From contig JBLDXI010000033.1 of NCBI GenBank assembly GCA_047495785.1, positions 1 to 64,000 of the forward strand: DNA of 64,000 bases. Reading direction: 5' to 3'. The position numbers were made by a program, and so were the translations under genes. This document shows, in pieces, positions 1 through 11,889 of the stretch; positions within the stretch are counted from its first letter, which is position 1; each line of letters begins with the position of its first letter. This DNA is from Lepidodermella squamata (lineage: Eukaryota > Animalia > Gastrotricha). A model generated the notes under the pieces. That model did not search any database, was not told where the DNA came from, and was given only the letters and a program-made list of their open reading frames with translations.

Positions 1-1507
1 TTTTCGTTCAGCCGCTCCACGCTATTAAATGAAAGAAATTTATTAAAAATTAAAAAAAATTTCAAAAGATTAAAATTTTGATGTTAGAATTATAAAATAA
101 CCCGAATTAAAATCAAAGAGCCCACGACGAATTAAAAATACCCACCATCCTTGAGATTGACTGTGTCGAGGTCGACCATGGACAATTCTACCAACAGGGT
201 TCAACTCGTTTACGCGTTTCACCAGCTGCGCATTTGTGAATTCTTTGCCGTTGTCACACTAGTGAAAAAAAATTAGATTAAAAATTAATCAATTTTATAT
301 AAAAAAATTAAAAGATAATAAAAAAAATAGCAAAATTGTAAATAAGCGCGAGAAGGGTAATACTCACGTGCAAAATTGTTGGACAGCCGATTATGCTGAA
401 AATATCGACAAGAACACCCGCTACAACTTCCTTGGATTTCGCAATCAAAGGACGCAGGAAGCAAAATTTTGTCAACAGATCGATGAAACATAAAATATAG
501 ACGTAAGGAGATCCGGGGTTTGCGTTAGTATCATCTGGTTTCCGAGTCATGTCTGCAACAAATATTAAAAAGTTAGAACTCACGTCTTAATGTATGAAAA
601 AACTGATAAAAAACACGAAAAATAAAAATAAACTCACCGATAAGGTCAGCCTGACCTCGCTCGAGAAACCGCTTCGGTCTCGACGGTCGTACCACAACCT
701 TGGTCGTTTTCGGCTTTCGACGGCGATCGCATGTTTCGCAGGTTTCGACGTACAGCTCGCAAGCCTGCCGCGTGATGTTGGCGCATTTGTCCTTCAATTG
801 CTCGTAGGTTCTTCTATAGCCCCGATGGTTTTCACCATGGGCCATATCAATGATCTAAAAAAAAATAATAATATTATAATAATAATATCTGCTTATTTAA
901 TATGAAAATTTTTACAAATATCTAGATGTCTAGTTAAAATATCTAGAAAATGATTTAGGAACTTACATCGTAGAAGTCTTCAATGGGGTAGTAGAATAAC
1001 ACCCGCTGCTCGCTTTCGTAAGCCTTTCGATCAACAAGCCGTTCAGTACCATCGACGACGTGGACCAGGTAGCGATGATCGCGGCGGCGGTCGAGAGAAG
1101 TCTCGCGCTTGTTGTGGGCGTTTTTCGTTTCTTCTATTTTCGCCGCTAGTTGTTGACGGTTGAATAGCGCGTGATTATCGCCCGCTTTCTCGCTAAAAAA
1201 GCGCAGGAAATAAATATCGAACCTATCAATCCAACATTGGAAGGTCATCATCGGGCAAAACCGGGTCTATGTGAAGATCGTCGACTTCGTCCGTCTCGGA
1301 GCCGGAGTCGCTGACCTCCGACCCCAAGGTCGAGTCCTCCAGGTGCTGCTCGATCTCATCCACGTCGATGAGCACGTGGCCATCCTGGTTGACGTAGTAG
1401 CCAACGCGATTTTCGTCAGCCCGCCAATTGTTGCCGTTGCCCTGCCCATTGTTGTTGCCGCTGCCGGAGCCGCCGTTGCCGAAACCGCCGTTGCCGCTGC
1501 ACGCCAT
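1..1507 (-). CDS. Intron-containing H2C2 zinc finger + DDE (rve) integrase/transposase, Ginger/KRBA2-SCAND3-like; 3' end runs off the window
   Basis: Splices in frame through GT-AG introns: exons ~1507-1236 (weak donor), 1192-967, 854-638, 552-368, 258-146, 21-1. Gives HGENH...CETC zinc finger, RGQADLID (D1), ILHCDNGKEF (D2), GRPRHSQSQGCVERLN (E). Confidence 0.85.
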
Positions 1508-2080
1508 TGAATAGTAGTGAGTAGAGAGTAGTGAGATGGGAGTATTGAGTTTAGTTAGTTGAGTTGTTATCAAAAATTGAAACTTCTCAAATGATGGTTA
1601 CAAATTGAGCTTTCAGTTATCGGCTGTCAGTGGGTGGAGCTTAGTGTTACACGTGCGTGATATTGACAGGTATACCCGGGTGCCAGCGATGGGTGCGCGT
1701 GCACATTCAGCGCGAGTCTTGTCGTGCCGCGTGTAATCTAAATAAATCACGCATACCATCAGATGCGCGTTACAGCGGCGATGTCAAACAGCGGCGTCTC
1801 TATGATCTTCTAAGATTCATCAGTAACCTCATCATTAAACAACACGTGTCGAGCTTCATTCAATTGCGGCGACTTTTATTGTCAAACGAGAAGCCAAAAA
1901 AAATGAAAAATGATAATGATAGAAAATAACAAAGATTGGAAAAGACACTCCATCATTTTTATTCCGTTTTAAGAGTAATAACAGTCGTTAAGGTACAACA
2001 GGTTCCATGCTGGTTGTAGAACGGCCGCGCCCAGGCAATAAACTTATGTTGTAAGACGGCGCTAGTCAGGCGGCCGAAGT

Positions 2081-2149
2081 CCGGCGGCCCGAGCCCGGCG
2101 GCCCGAGCCCGGCGGCCCGAGCCCGGCGGCCCGAGCCCGGCGGCCCGAG
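2081..2149. repeat. GC-rich 14-bp minisatellite (CCGGCGGCCCGAGC) x~5
   Basis: Direct tandem copies are visible; degenerate related motifs continue to ~2380. Confidence 0.85.
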
Positions 2150-2913
2150 TGCGGCGCTGAACAATAGCGCTGGTTCCCATTGTTCTCCGCCGTGCTCGGG
2201 CCAATACCTCGGCCGGCCCGTGTGCAGTGAAGCGGAATTCGTTGAAATTCGTTAAATTTACAGTAAACGTCGCATACGGGTAAATTTTAAACCGGCCCGA
2301 GCGCGGAGTGGTAAAGTGCTGTTACCCGGCCGCGTACGGGCTGACCCGAACGCGGACGGGCCGAAATCGGGCTCGGGCCCCAACAATAGCAACGGCAACT
2401 CAGGTAAATTTCTTCTGAAAAAGAGGTTCGGCTTTCAATCTAAGACATTCTGCCGACTCAGAATTTGATTTTAGCCTCTTCTTGATTTTCTGGAATTTTC
2501 TGAAAGGTGCTCGAGTTAACACGTCATTGCGCCGGCGTCTAAAGATTAAACGACTGATTTTCGTGTTTTTTTCAGTGAGATCAAAAGGTCATAGTGGCAA
2601 AAACCTCATTAGCAGCGATCAGAGAAAATTTTCATTTACAAAAAACATGTGTTGACGGAGAGATCAATTTTTTGAGTTCAAAATTCGCTATTCCCACATG
2701 GTTGGTTATTTTTTGCTTCAATGGAAAATGCGATTCCGCCCGGAGTTTCCGCCCGGTGATTCCGCCCGCTCACGCGTTTTAAGGTGGATCTTTTATTTTT
2801 AATTTCTGTTAAATTCCAAATCACTGAATTACTGGACGAACTAGACTCCATTAATGGATTAGACTAGCAAAGCAATAATTTGAACTAAAGAAAGCATTTC
2901 AACGAAAACCATT

Positions 2914-3437
2914 TTTATTGAATGCTTAAACTGTGGGAGGTGAGCTTATGATAGTATTTAGGTAGTCCTCGATATTTGAAATGCACCGTGCAGTTAGTTA
3001 CTTGAAAACTGGCATCGACCGTGAAATGGCGTGATTCAAACTTGCTTGAATGCTGGTTACGATCATAGCCCAACAATACCAATGCAGTCGCTTCGCACAG
3101 AGGTTTTCCTCCGAAACTCGTAACATCATAGTCGGCGAATCGTTTCCTGGAAACGCAAATTCTTCGATGTCTTGTTGCAGTTATTCAGCGACGCCTTCAA
3201 AGTAAGCGCCGTCATCGCCCTCATCGCCGTCGGATTGAACGCCGGAATCGTAATGGCCAAGGGGAAATTCGGACTTTAGCTGTAGTAGCATCTTGAGCAC
3301 TACAGTTTTCACGAGCTGATTGGCGTTGCTGCCAGCAGACTGCATTTGGTTAGAATCGACTGTATTGCCAAGGATTAAATCGCCGATGACGAGCAGCGTG
3401 ATGACGAGCGCCGTAAAGGTTTCAGTGCGAAAATCAT
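2914..3437 (-). pseudogene. Possible decayed gene for a small secreted protein
   Basis: ATG at 3437. One frameshift in an A-run gives MIFALK/TFTALVITLLVIGDLILG (signal-peptide-like), followed by an acidic tract with an in-frame TAA. AATAAA at 2919-2914. Confidence 0.3.
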
Positions 3438-5626
3438 TCGATTTAAAAAGGGAAATGAGACAACAAGAATTTGCTAAACAATTCTTTAAGGTTGCTTTTT
3501 TAATTGCAACAGAATTTATTTAATCAGACTCCATGGGCATGAGTATTTAGGCATTTTATCCAGTTTTCAAGCGGAAAATTAGTTTTTCTTCGGAAAATAA
3601 CCAACCATGTGGGAACAGGAATCCTAAACTTGTGTTGAGGATTCCTTAATTTTGTGCTCGTAAATTAAAAATCGATTTACTTCTGTCTACCGTTCTCCGC
3701 CCTCTTACGCCACCAACTCTCATTCAAATGTGAGCCAAGTTTGAATGATCTAGACTGATCTGAAATCCGTCTGACCTAACAATTCGTTCCATTTAAACAA
3801 AATAGCAGTCAAAAATGCTAATTTTCGTATTTTCAGAGGCGAATCAACGGAACATAGACTCGCTTCGCTCGCATTCTAATTCATCTGAAGTCTTTATTAT
3901 TGTTGCACTGTTTCGCTTGTTTATCTGTTATATAGCGCCGAACACTTTTAAATTTTGAATTCAAATTTATTCGTCCATTATTAGTCACAAAAATACAAGA
4001 CCAATACAACAAAATAATTTTCCTTCTTTCGAACAATATAGACGAAGTCACATACAGTGTGGTCTGAAAATAGTAAAGAACGCGCATTTCTTCAAATAAT
4101 TGCGTTTTCAGATAATGATCACGAGGCTAATCAATTTCTTCAATCTATTGATCAGCTTCAATTCAATGGCGCACATCTGATTAGCCAATTTCGAGGGAAA
4201 AAATAAAATCAGTCCTTATAATTCAAAAATCATTAAAACAAAATTTTAATTTGAAATACGGATTAAGAGAAGAGATGCTATGTTAAAGAGAAAGTTTCTG
4301 GTTGCACCTGCATGCTCAATGAAAGATGACCCAAAATATCAAAGACCTTTCCTATATGTATATAGTTGGCTCCAAGCACAGCCCTGTAAGAGGAAAAGCC
4401 ATTTTTAGACTAACCCTTACGGAGTCATCGTGCAGGTAGATCTTCGCTAAGCGTGTGTCCCTACCGCCAATGTCGCCAAATTCACTAACATTTCAATGCT
4501 AAAAAAGCAGATTTTCAGGTCACGAAATTTGAACAGAGAAAATTTTCCAGGTTTTCAAACTGTTAATAACAAGTTCAACAATACCTTGAAAAGGCTCTTT
4601 AAATTCGTCTTCTACCGAAGAATTCCAATTAATTTGAAGTTCATACCTTTCGTAAATACGTTCGTAAATACTTTGACGTTTACTTAGAATTAGCTCTTTT
4701 TTCCTAGATTCGCGTCTTCACCTTCACTTCTACCTCTCCTCAATCATTAACTAGGCCAGATAATTGAAGGTATGAAAAGGCATACTATTTTTTCTGCCAC
4801 AAAAATAAGTCCTAATCATTGTGCTAGAACATTTCACTTTTTCAAATTTTCTTCCGGGCTTGGGTAAGGACCCTTATCTTACTGCGTGTCTCCTTCACGG
4901 ATATGTAATTCGGTAACTCTAAACCGAGATAGTTTATTGCTTCGATAAACTAGTTTCTGAATTCTTTTCAATAAAGTCAATTTTCATTTAAAATAATCTT
5001 TTTGAAAATGAAAAAAGCAGATGGAGAAAATGAACTCCAACTACTGCGTAGCTACAAGGTCATGTGCCCATCACATGATAACCATCATTCAATTTAATTT
5101 TCAAATACGATTCGCGAATTTTAAGTCGCAGCTTTACTAGTTTCAGACCACACTGTAGATAGCACGCGGTTGCGAGACGACATGCGCGTTTTTATTTAAA
5201 AAGGCGCTGAGTCCGAAATTTCATCATTAGAACAAGAACGTTTGCCATCTTTCACCATCGAAAGTTAGCTACACGCCGTGACTGTCGTGCTTAGGTAGTT
5301 CTGACAAGAGGCGATTTCTTCCGACAGCATGCCAGAATCGACCGGAATTGACCCAACGCAAATTGCCAGTGGCGACTCGACAAACCGCAACAGCGCCGAC
5401 ATTTGTCGCAACAGACTCGACAAATGCACAGCGCCTTGGTCGCGGCCTCATCCGGGTTAAATCGTAGGCCGGTGGCACTTTAAGGAGAAGGGACAACACC
5501 ATCGTTTATTACGTAATATCGTCGTAATATCCGGAAAAACAAGTGGAATAATTAGCATTAAGATTATAAATTCAAAGCTATTGGGTTAGAAAAAAATAAA
5601 AATTCAAACTAACTTTCTTCCTTCAG

Positions 5627-6290
5627 GTTTTTGCCGTTGCAAAACTGGAATTTCTCGTATTATTTCCTTGTATTCAGCTTCGCCGAAGTGGAGCTGAAGC
5701 GAAAGGGCTAATCAGCTTCCTTCTGGGCATGAGCTAGCCGTTCGAACTCCGCGATTTCTTCTCGCAACTTCCGACTCATTTCGTGAATGTAAGCCAATAG
5801 CGCCAACCCGCTAGTTCGAAAGTTGTCTGGCCTTGCGACTATTTCTAAAAAACGTGGCTAGGTACGTTCCAGCCCAAGGAGTGGAGCATGTTTGGCGCAG
5901 ATGTCCGAGCCAATAACATAGTTGAGGTAATTTTTAACTCAATTTATTCTTAGACACATTGTAATTTGAACTTTTAGGCTTGGCATCATCACATCAGCTC
6001 AAAAATTTCGAAAAATCACCCCGCGTTTTGGTCCTTCGTCGAATCGCTCATCCAAGTAGAGCAATCTATCGAAAACCTGTTACTTCAGCAGACAACTGGC
6101 ACCAACGTGAAGCCACAGCGACAGAACATTGACAACCCTTACAACCAGCAGTTGCGATTCTGCGCTGAGCAACTCGAAACCGACCTTGCTAAGCTAAAGG
6201 ATCAGCGTCTCACAGGCAATAATCGTCAAGTTGAAAGTTTCAAAAAATTTTAGACCGCGCTGGCGTTCATCATCCTAGCATTTCACCCTA
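5627..6290 (+). pseudogene. Degenerate Mutator-like (MULE) transposase, C-terminal part
   Basis: CDYF*KTWLG..WSMFGADVRANNIVE / AWHH..NHPAFWSFVESL across a phase-0 GT-AG intron (5927-5977). Matches the MULE YFxxTW..W..RTNNxxExWH..HP..W.F signature; contains in-frame stops. Confidence 0.7.
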
Positions 6291-6356
6291 GACGGACTGC
6301 CCAAATCTTCAGCTTGCACAGCTTAAATATTGGACTGAGTGGTCATATGAGCCAAG

Positions 6357-6428
6357 AGGTAATTAGCTTAGTGATGGAGCGTCTGCCTATTAAGCAGAAG
6401 ATTGAGGGTTCGATCCACCGTGAGCTTT
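6357..6428 (+). pseudogene. tRNA pseudogene, probably from tRNA-Thr(AGT); loop now reads ATT
   Basis: TAGCTTAGTG A-box, anticodon stem TCTGC/GCAGA, GGTTCGATCC B-box; acceptor stem poorly paired. Confidence 0.6.
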
Positions 6429-6497
6429 TCTCAACCATTTTGGCGAGACCCAATTCGTATTTCGAAAACAGCAAAACGCTAATTTCAGAGCAAAACC

Positions 6498-6569
6498 TTT
6501 CCTGACCGGGAATCGAACCCGGGCCGCCGCGGTGAAAGCGCGGAATCCTAACCACTAGACCATCAGGGA
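6498..6569 (-). tRNA. tRNA-Glu: tRNA-Glu(TTC)
   Basis: TCCCTGATGGTCTAGTGGTTAGGATTCCGCGCTTTCACCGCGGCGGCCCGGGTTCGATTCCCGGTCAGGAAA; full cloverleaf with one acceptor-stem mismatch (C2-A71). Confidence 0.9.
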
Positions 6570-6629
6570 GATGTGATATGATAGCTTTTGTTGAAATTGA
6601 TAATTGTTGAAATTGAAGAAAAAACAAGT

Positions 6630-6701
6630 GGGCTCGTTCGGGAATTGAACCCGAGATCTCTCGCACCCGAAGCGAGAATCATACCCCTAGACCAACCGGC
6701 C
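6630..6701 (-). tRNA. tRNA-Pro: tRNA-Pro(CGG), two acceptor-stem mismatches (possibly decaying)
   Basis: GGCCGGTTGGTCTAGGGGTATGATTCTCGCTTCGGGTGCGAGAGATCTCGGGTTCAATTCCCGAACGAGCCC, a typical eukaryotic tRNA-Pro body. Confidence 0.85.
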
Positions 6702-6772
6702 TGTGATGTAAAGTCATCGTGGGCTGCAGGCATTCCATTCAGTATAGGCCGGAGACGACGCAAAACATTATA

Positions 6773-6844
6773 CGCCGAGGCCCGGATCGAACCAGAGACC
6801 TTTAGATCTTCAGTCCAACGCTCTCCCAATTGAGTTATCTCGGC
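6773..6844 (-). tRNA. tRNA-Phe: tRNA-Phe(GAA), slightly degenerate T arm
   Basis: GCCGAGATAACTCAATTGGGAGAGCGTTGGACTGAAGATCTAAAGGTCTCTGGTTCGATCCGGGCCTCGGCG. Confidence 0.85.
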
Positions 6845-6913
6845 TTTATGGCTGATGAGTAGCCAATTTCCGCTGAATTTCGTATTTCCTTACTGATACG
6901 GATCAAAAAATTT

Positions 6914-6989
6914 CGAAGCTGCCAAGAGTCGAACCCCCCGGAATCTTCTGATCCTTAATCAGACGTTTCGCCCTTCGTGCAACACCAAT
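6914..6989 (-). pseudogene. tRNA-Arg(ACG)-derived pseudogene
   Basis: CGTCTGATTAAGGATCAGAAGATTCC..GGTTCGACTCTTGGC resembles tRNA-Arg(ACG) (CGTCTGACTACGGATCAGAAGATTCCAGGTTCGACTCCTGGC); D arm and acceptor stem decayed. Confidence 0.65.
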
Positions 6990-8206
6990 GTACACAGTTT
7001 GAACCATGGAATCCACGCCATTATAATATATAATCCCATCTTGGAAAGTGCAATAACAGAAAAAATTTAAAAGGTGGTGCGTGTCGCGTGCTTTTCGAAC
7101 CAACCAATCACATACTTCAAACCACCCAACCAATCAGGAAATTGTGGATTCACTGGTTCCACTAAGGCCGGAAGTTAATTTATAAAGGTTGCGCACAGCA
7201 AAAGTTACGCACAGAAAGTTACGCACGCGCGGTTGCGCACTTGAGTTTGCGCTGACGGGAATTGACCTTTCACCTTGACATCTAGCCTGGCGGCTAGTTC
7301 AGAGATAGCATCACATTTTTAGCGCGCAATATGGAAATTTAGTTTACCTATACGTAATACTAAAATCTGAAATAAGGTACAGAAGTATAATGCAGCGTGT
7401 TACGCTTTGTTGTAAACAAGTCCGAAAGCGACCATGATTTGCAATAGTCCAGATTTTCTCTTCGAGTTTCAAAAATAGAATAAATCAAGTCCCCATTATG
7501 GACCTGATTATTCCTCTATTCACCTAAAAATATCGATTCCCAGAGGATGAAGCAAACTTGAACTGAAATTTACATGACTTTAGAGTACTATTGTTGTTAC
7601 AATAATTTGAAGTTTCGAATCTTCTCAGAATAATGTTTGACTACTTTTGGCGCCCGGTTATAACTCGCCTTCAAATCAAGCTGAGAAACAAAAGCAAGAG
7701 TTCGTAAGTAATTTGCACCCTGCCTTCGGTTTATGATGTTAGATAATATTCTTCCTTCGTTCATTTCGCATTTTATGAGCAACCTCTCTGACCAACCACG
7801 GTATGTTAGGGGCAGAGGTGGATACCCAACCGGCGCCTATATCACCCACCGGCCCACCGGCACGTTCAATTATCTTAGTCTCGATATGCAGCGTCAAATT
7901 CCTACTACTATTGTCGCGATAGTGGGACCATGGTCGGGTTGGTAGGTGTGATTTTTTTATAATACCACCATATTAATCAATTGAAAGAATTGCGTGCTGC
8001 CAAGAGCCATTTATGCTATCATAACGACCATCAAAGCAACACGTAGTTAGACTTTGACTCCGCAAAATCTGGCCTAAGATGAAGGATAGTCCCTAGAATC
8101 CATCTTAAAATGCGTGAATTAAGTGATATCTGGCTATTTATGGTTGTTATAACGTGATCATCTTTAATTTTGATATCCACTTGTTTTTAGACACCGCCAC
8201 CAGGAA

Positions 8207-8615
8207 ATGGCAAGAGTGATCATCGTGAAATGTGGTACTTTGAAGAAGGCCATAGTGTATCAGTCAGCTGATGGGGTACCGAAAGTTGTTCACCTCAAGA
8301 AAATCATCGCTGAATACTTTCAGCTGACATCGGACTTTTCGATTTCTATGCGAATTGGGACAGAGGACTCAGAATTGATAACAACCGATGCAGAGCTCTA
8401 CAAGGCTGTTGTTGCAAAAAAATCGGAGAAGATCAAGCTGGAAATCGGCCCTACAGCTCAAGCTGTTCTCGACTCGGTACTGGCTAAAATCAGAATTATT
8501 TGGCATGCCTAGATTGCGAATGAAAATTGATGAAGTTGTGGTGATGGTTGTGGTGTGACGGGTATTCAAGGTGGTCAGAGGTTCATGACCCGACTTGTGT
8601 ATGATGTTGGATGAA
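8207..8615 (+). pseudogene. PB1 domain ORF followed by an in-frame decayed ZZ zinc finger (p62/SQSTM1-NBR1-like)
   Basis: VIIVKC..KKAI and an acidic EDSELITTDAEL (OPCA-like) motif fit PB1. After stops, the same frame reads CGDGCGVTGIQGGQRF, ZZ-like, with PDLC after a frameshift. Confidence 0.55.
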
Positions 8616-8879
8616 GTAGTAGCAAAAACACGCCCGAACGTAATAAAACTAAGGAGGAGGCTTTTCATTTACGTGCGCTAGTTTTTTGCTGTGTGATATG
8701 TCGTGTGATTTTTGGTCGCAAAAAATCACTCACATCAATATCGAAGCCGTATTCACACTGAGCCTACTAATAACGAATTTTTACGCGACCGCATGTGCAT
8801 CGCCTTGGTCATCAGGTCGACTATAATCGTAGGGTACGAATAATTTTCTATATTCTGTAACCTGCAAGTGGAAATTTCC

Positions 8880-9270
8880 GAAAATTTGGCATCCACCCTC
8901 GGCACCTGGTCGATGATCGAATATGCAGCCATCTCCCCATAACTGATCAAGCAGGTCGATGCCTTCGAAGTTAGGCCTCTCAGCGCCCATTACGATCACT
9001 GCCGCCATATCATCGTAAGTTTAAAATTCACACACTCGACCTCCCTAACGAACCGCCTAGGGATCGACAAAAAAAGCTTCGAGAAGCTAATTTCTACCCG
9101 ACTTGTCTCACTATCTTAGCACGACGCAACATCCGACCAGCTGGCCAACAAGCTGCTCGAAATAGCAACAGCAAGCGCAAAGCTGCTGCCAACAAAGTTT
9201 TCTGCGATGATCAAAAACATCAACCGCGCCCGCTACTCCCGCGGCCCACCCGTACCGACACCGGGAACCT
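8880..9270 (+). pseudogene. Degenerate LINE APE-endonuclease C-terminal fragment
   Basis: GTWSMIEYAAISP*LIKQVDAFEVRPLSAHYDHCRHIIVSL resembles the SxIDY...SDH end of LINE endonucleases; contains stops. Confidence 0.4.
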
Positions 9271-11336
9271 GTCGCCTCACTCTATTACTTTGCTTTATTA
9301 CTTTGAAAATAACCAGAATAATTGAAATAATACAATCAGGATCTTTAAAAGGACTGAACGATGACGTATCAACAACAACGCATAATCCCATGAGACCTAC
9401 AGTAAGTCTCATGCATAATCCAGCTTTTTGTGCTAGTAAAGTGCTAGCTCAATATAGAAAGGTTAATGATGCGGGATAATCGAATTTAGAGGTTAAACCA
9501 ACTCTCCCAAAATGCCCTCCCTTAATAAGGAAGGGCCTGATCCCCACCCTCCAATAAACCGCAGGTTTTTTTGAAGCAACTGATTTATATACTCATAACT
9601 TCAGGAACCACCGAAATTAGCTAAAAATTGCTGAAGCTTGTGATTGGTAGATTTCCCAGCCTCTTAGCATTTTATTTATAGAAAGGTGGAAAAACCACCC
9701 TAAAACGAACCCGGAAATTCAGGATTTTCTTTCTTATTAGTTATATAGTTATTTATCCACATTGTGGAAGTTGTAACCTCGCTTTCCAAAGGATCAATTG
9801 AAGCAATGTAAATGATTTGGACAAAGAAAAAAATGGAACTATGCATTTTAATCGATGAATTTGAATCACCACAGAATGATCGCAGATAAACGCCACTAAT
9901 AGCGCGTTTTTTGTAAGCGAGTGTTTCCCGAGATATTAAAAGGAACAGTTTCGTGACACCTTATATTATATAAAAGCAAACCAGCGTCTGGTGTGCGGTG
10001 AAAATGTTTCAACAGCAGCGGCATCATTAAAATGCGACCGTGTGGTCTTATGATGAAAAGGGCTACGGTAAAACTAACAATATCTGCGTTACCGCACAAG
10101 CTTTCTTTTGCTTAGCATAGTGCTATACGGTAATAATACTTACCGTCATATGGCGCGTTAGAGCGTGCGCGGTAAAATTTTTACCGTTCTCATAGAACAA
10201 TAGGAAGCCGGTTTTACCGTCAAATAGACCCTTATGCCGCGACGCTAACGAGCCAGAAGCTCTTGACGTCTAAATGCTGTCGTTTTCGGCGTCAACGTCA
10301 TTACCGAGATCGATTTAGTTTGTACATATCATTCAATCGCTCCCTCCTTCAATTTTTATAACAATTTTCTGAAAATTTGGAATTTTAAAGGAACGGCAAG
10401 GGTTCGAACCCAAGCTGACGTTCAGCCGCTCTCCAAGGAATTCTTGCATCCGTATGCTCTCGTTCTCGGCGTTTTCGTCATCAGCAACATCGATTCAACT
10501 TATCCTTGTCATTCAATTGTATCCTGATCAATTATTTTTAATTTGTTTACCAAAATTTGAAATTCAAAAAGAAGACCGATTGTTTGTTACAACAACCTCT
10601 CGAAACTTCGAAACTTCAGCTCAAACCTTCTTTTTTGTTCTTTTTGCGTTCTCGTCATCAGTGAGATCGATTCTACCAATTCATGTCATTCAATTGTTAC
10701 CCCGATTAATTTTTACAACAACCTCTCGAAACTTTGAAACTTCAGCTCAAACCTTCTTGTTTCGTTCTTTCCGTTCTCTTCATCAGTGAGATCGATTCTC
10801 CCAATTCATGTCATTCAATTGTTACCCCGATTAATTGTTACAACAACCTCTCAAAACTTCGAATCTTCAAAACATGGTCGTGGGTTCGAACCCGATCTCT
10901 CTTTTTTCTACTATTCAAACTGTTCTTTAACCTTAACGCATTCGTTCTTGGCGTTTTGGTCATCAGCTACATCGATTCTACTAATCCATGTCATTCAATT
11001 GTTAACCTGATTTTACAACTTTGAAATTTTACATCTTCTCGAAATAACAATACATTAACAATAATAGGAATTTACAATCAGCTACATCGATTCTACTAAT
11101 CCATGTCACTCAATTGTTAACCCGATTTTACAACATCTTCTCGAAACTTTGAAATTTTATGAAAGCGAATAAATGTTCAACTACTCTTTAACGTGCATTC
11201 TTCTCAAAATATTTTCCTAGCCATTCAATAATACGTTGGAAGGTTCCTGAGCGAACCCGAAATTACTGCTTATCTATCAAGACCTAATCCGAAGAACATT
11301 CTAATTTACAATTAAATTTCAAATGTCATCAGCATT

Positions 11337-11889
11337 GGGGTGAGGGGGAAGCACCGTCCCCTCCAACGACGTGGAGGGGATCTCCAAGGGGTGGTTCGAG
11401 TCCTTACCCATTACCCAGGAGAGTAGAGAAAAGAAAGAAAAGGCTAGCGCAGCGTTAGCCTTGTGGAACTCTCCTGGATGGGGGCGCGACTCTGGGAGTT
11501 CCGAAGGAACGCCAGTTCCTTTACGCGTGTTTTACACATACGCCGTAGATTACCACGAACGAAGTGAGATTTCATCCCAACAGGGGGGCCCGAGAACGCG
11601 TTGGTTAACAGGACATACTCCGATCGACTTGCCCGATTTATGGTGGTATCCTGGACCCCTCAGGACCTCCCAGAAACTTTTTCAGCTCAATCGGACCTTC
11701 CGTTGATTTTCTAGAAATTAGGACGGTTTTTTCTTATTTTACCGTATTTTTTGGTCACGTGACCTGAAATGGGTAGTATATGAGGGGACAGTAGGAGGAT
11801 ATGATAGGTACACCAAAAAACAAACCACGCTGACCAAAGCTTCCCAGCCAGCTGACAGGCTGGCCCCTCGCCCCTGGGGGAGAGGGGCC
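11337..11889 (+). other. Conserved hairpin-rich junction module, copy 1
   Basis: GGGGTGAGGGGG, stem CCCCTCCA/TGGAGGGG, AGGGGTGGTTCGAGT, CCAGGAGAGT/ACTCTCCTGG, GC-GCA-GC and GTTCC-GAA-GGAAC triloop hairpins, and terminal GGCCCCTC..GAGGGGCC hairpin (11862-11889). Confidence 0.85.

Noticed and set aside
6314-7133. ORFs overlapping the tRNA cluster
   Set aside because: Chance translations of tRNA genes.
9897-10235. MITE suggested by ACGGTAA/TTACCGT motifs and a GACCCTTA end
   Set aside because: No matching opposite terminus or TSD found.
11337-11488. tRNA call for the GGTTCGAGTCC-containing module
   Set aside because: No cloverleaf, D arm or anticodon arm; reported as a structured module instead.
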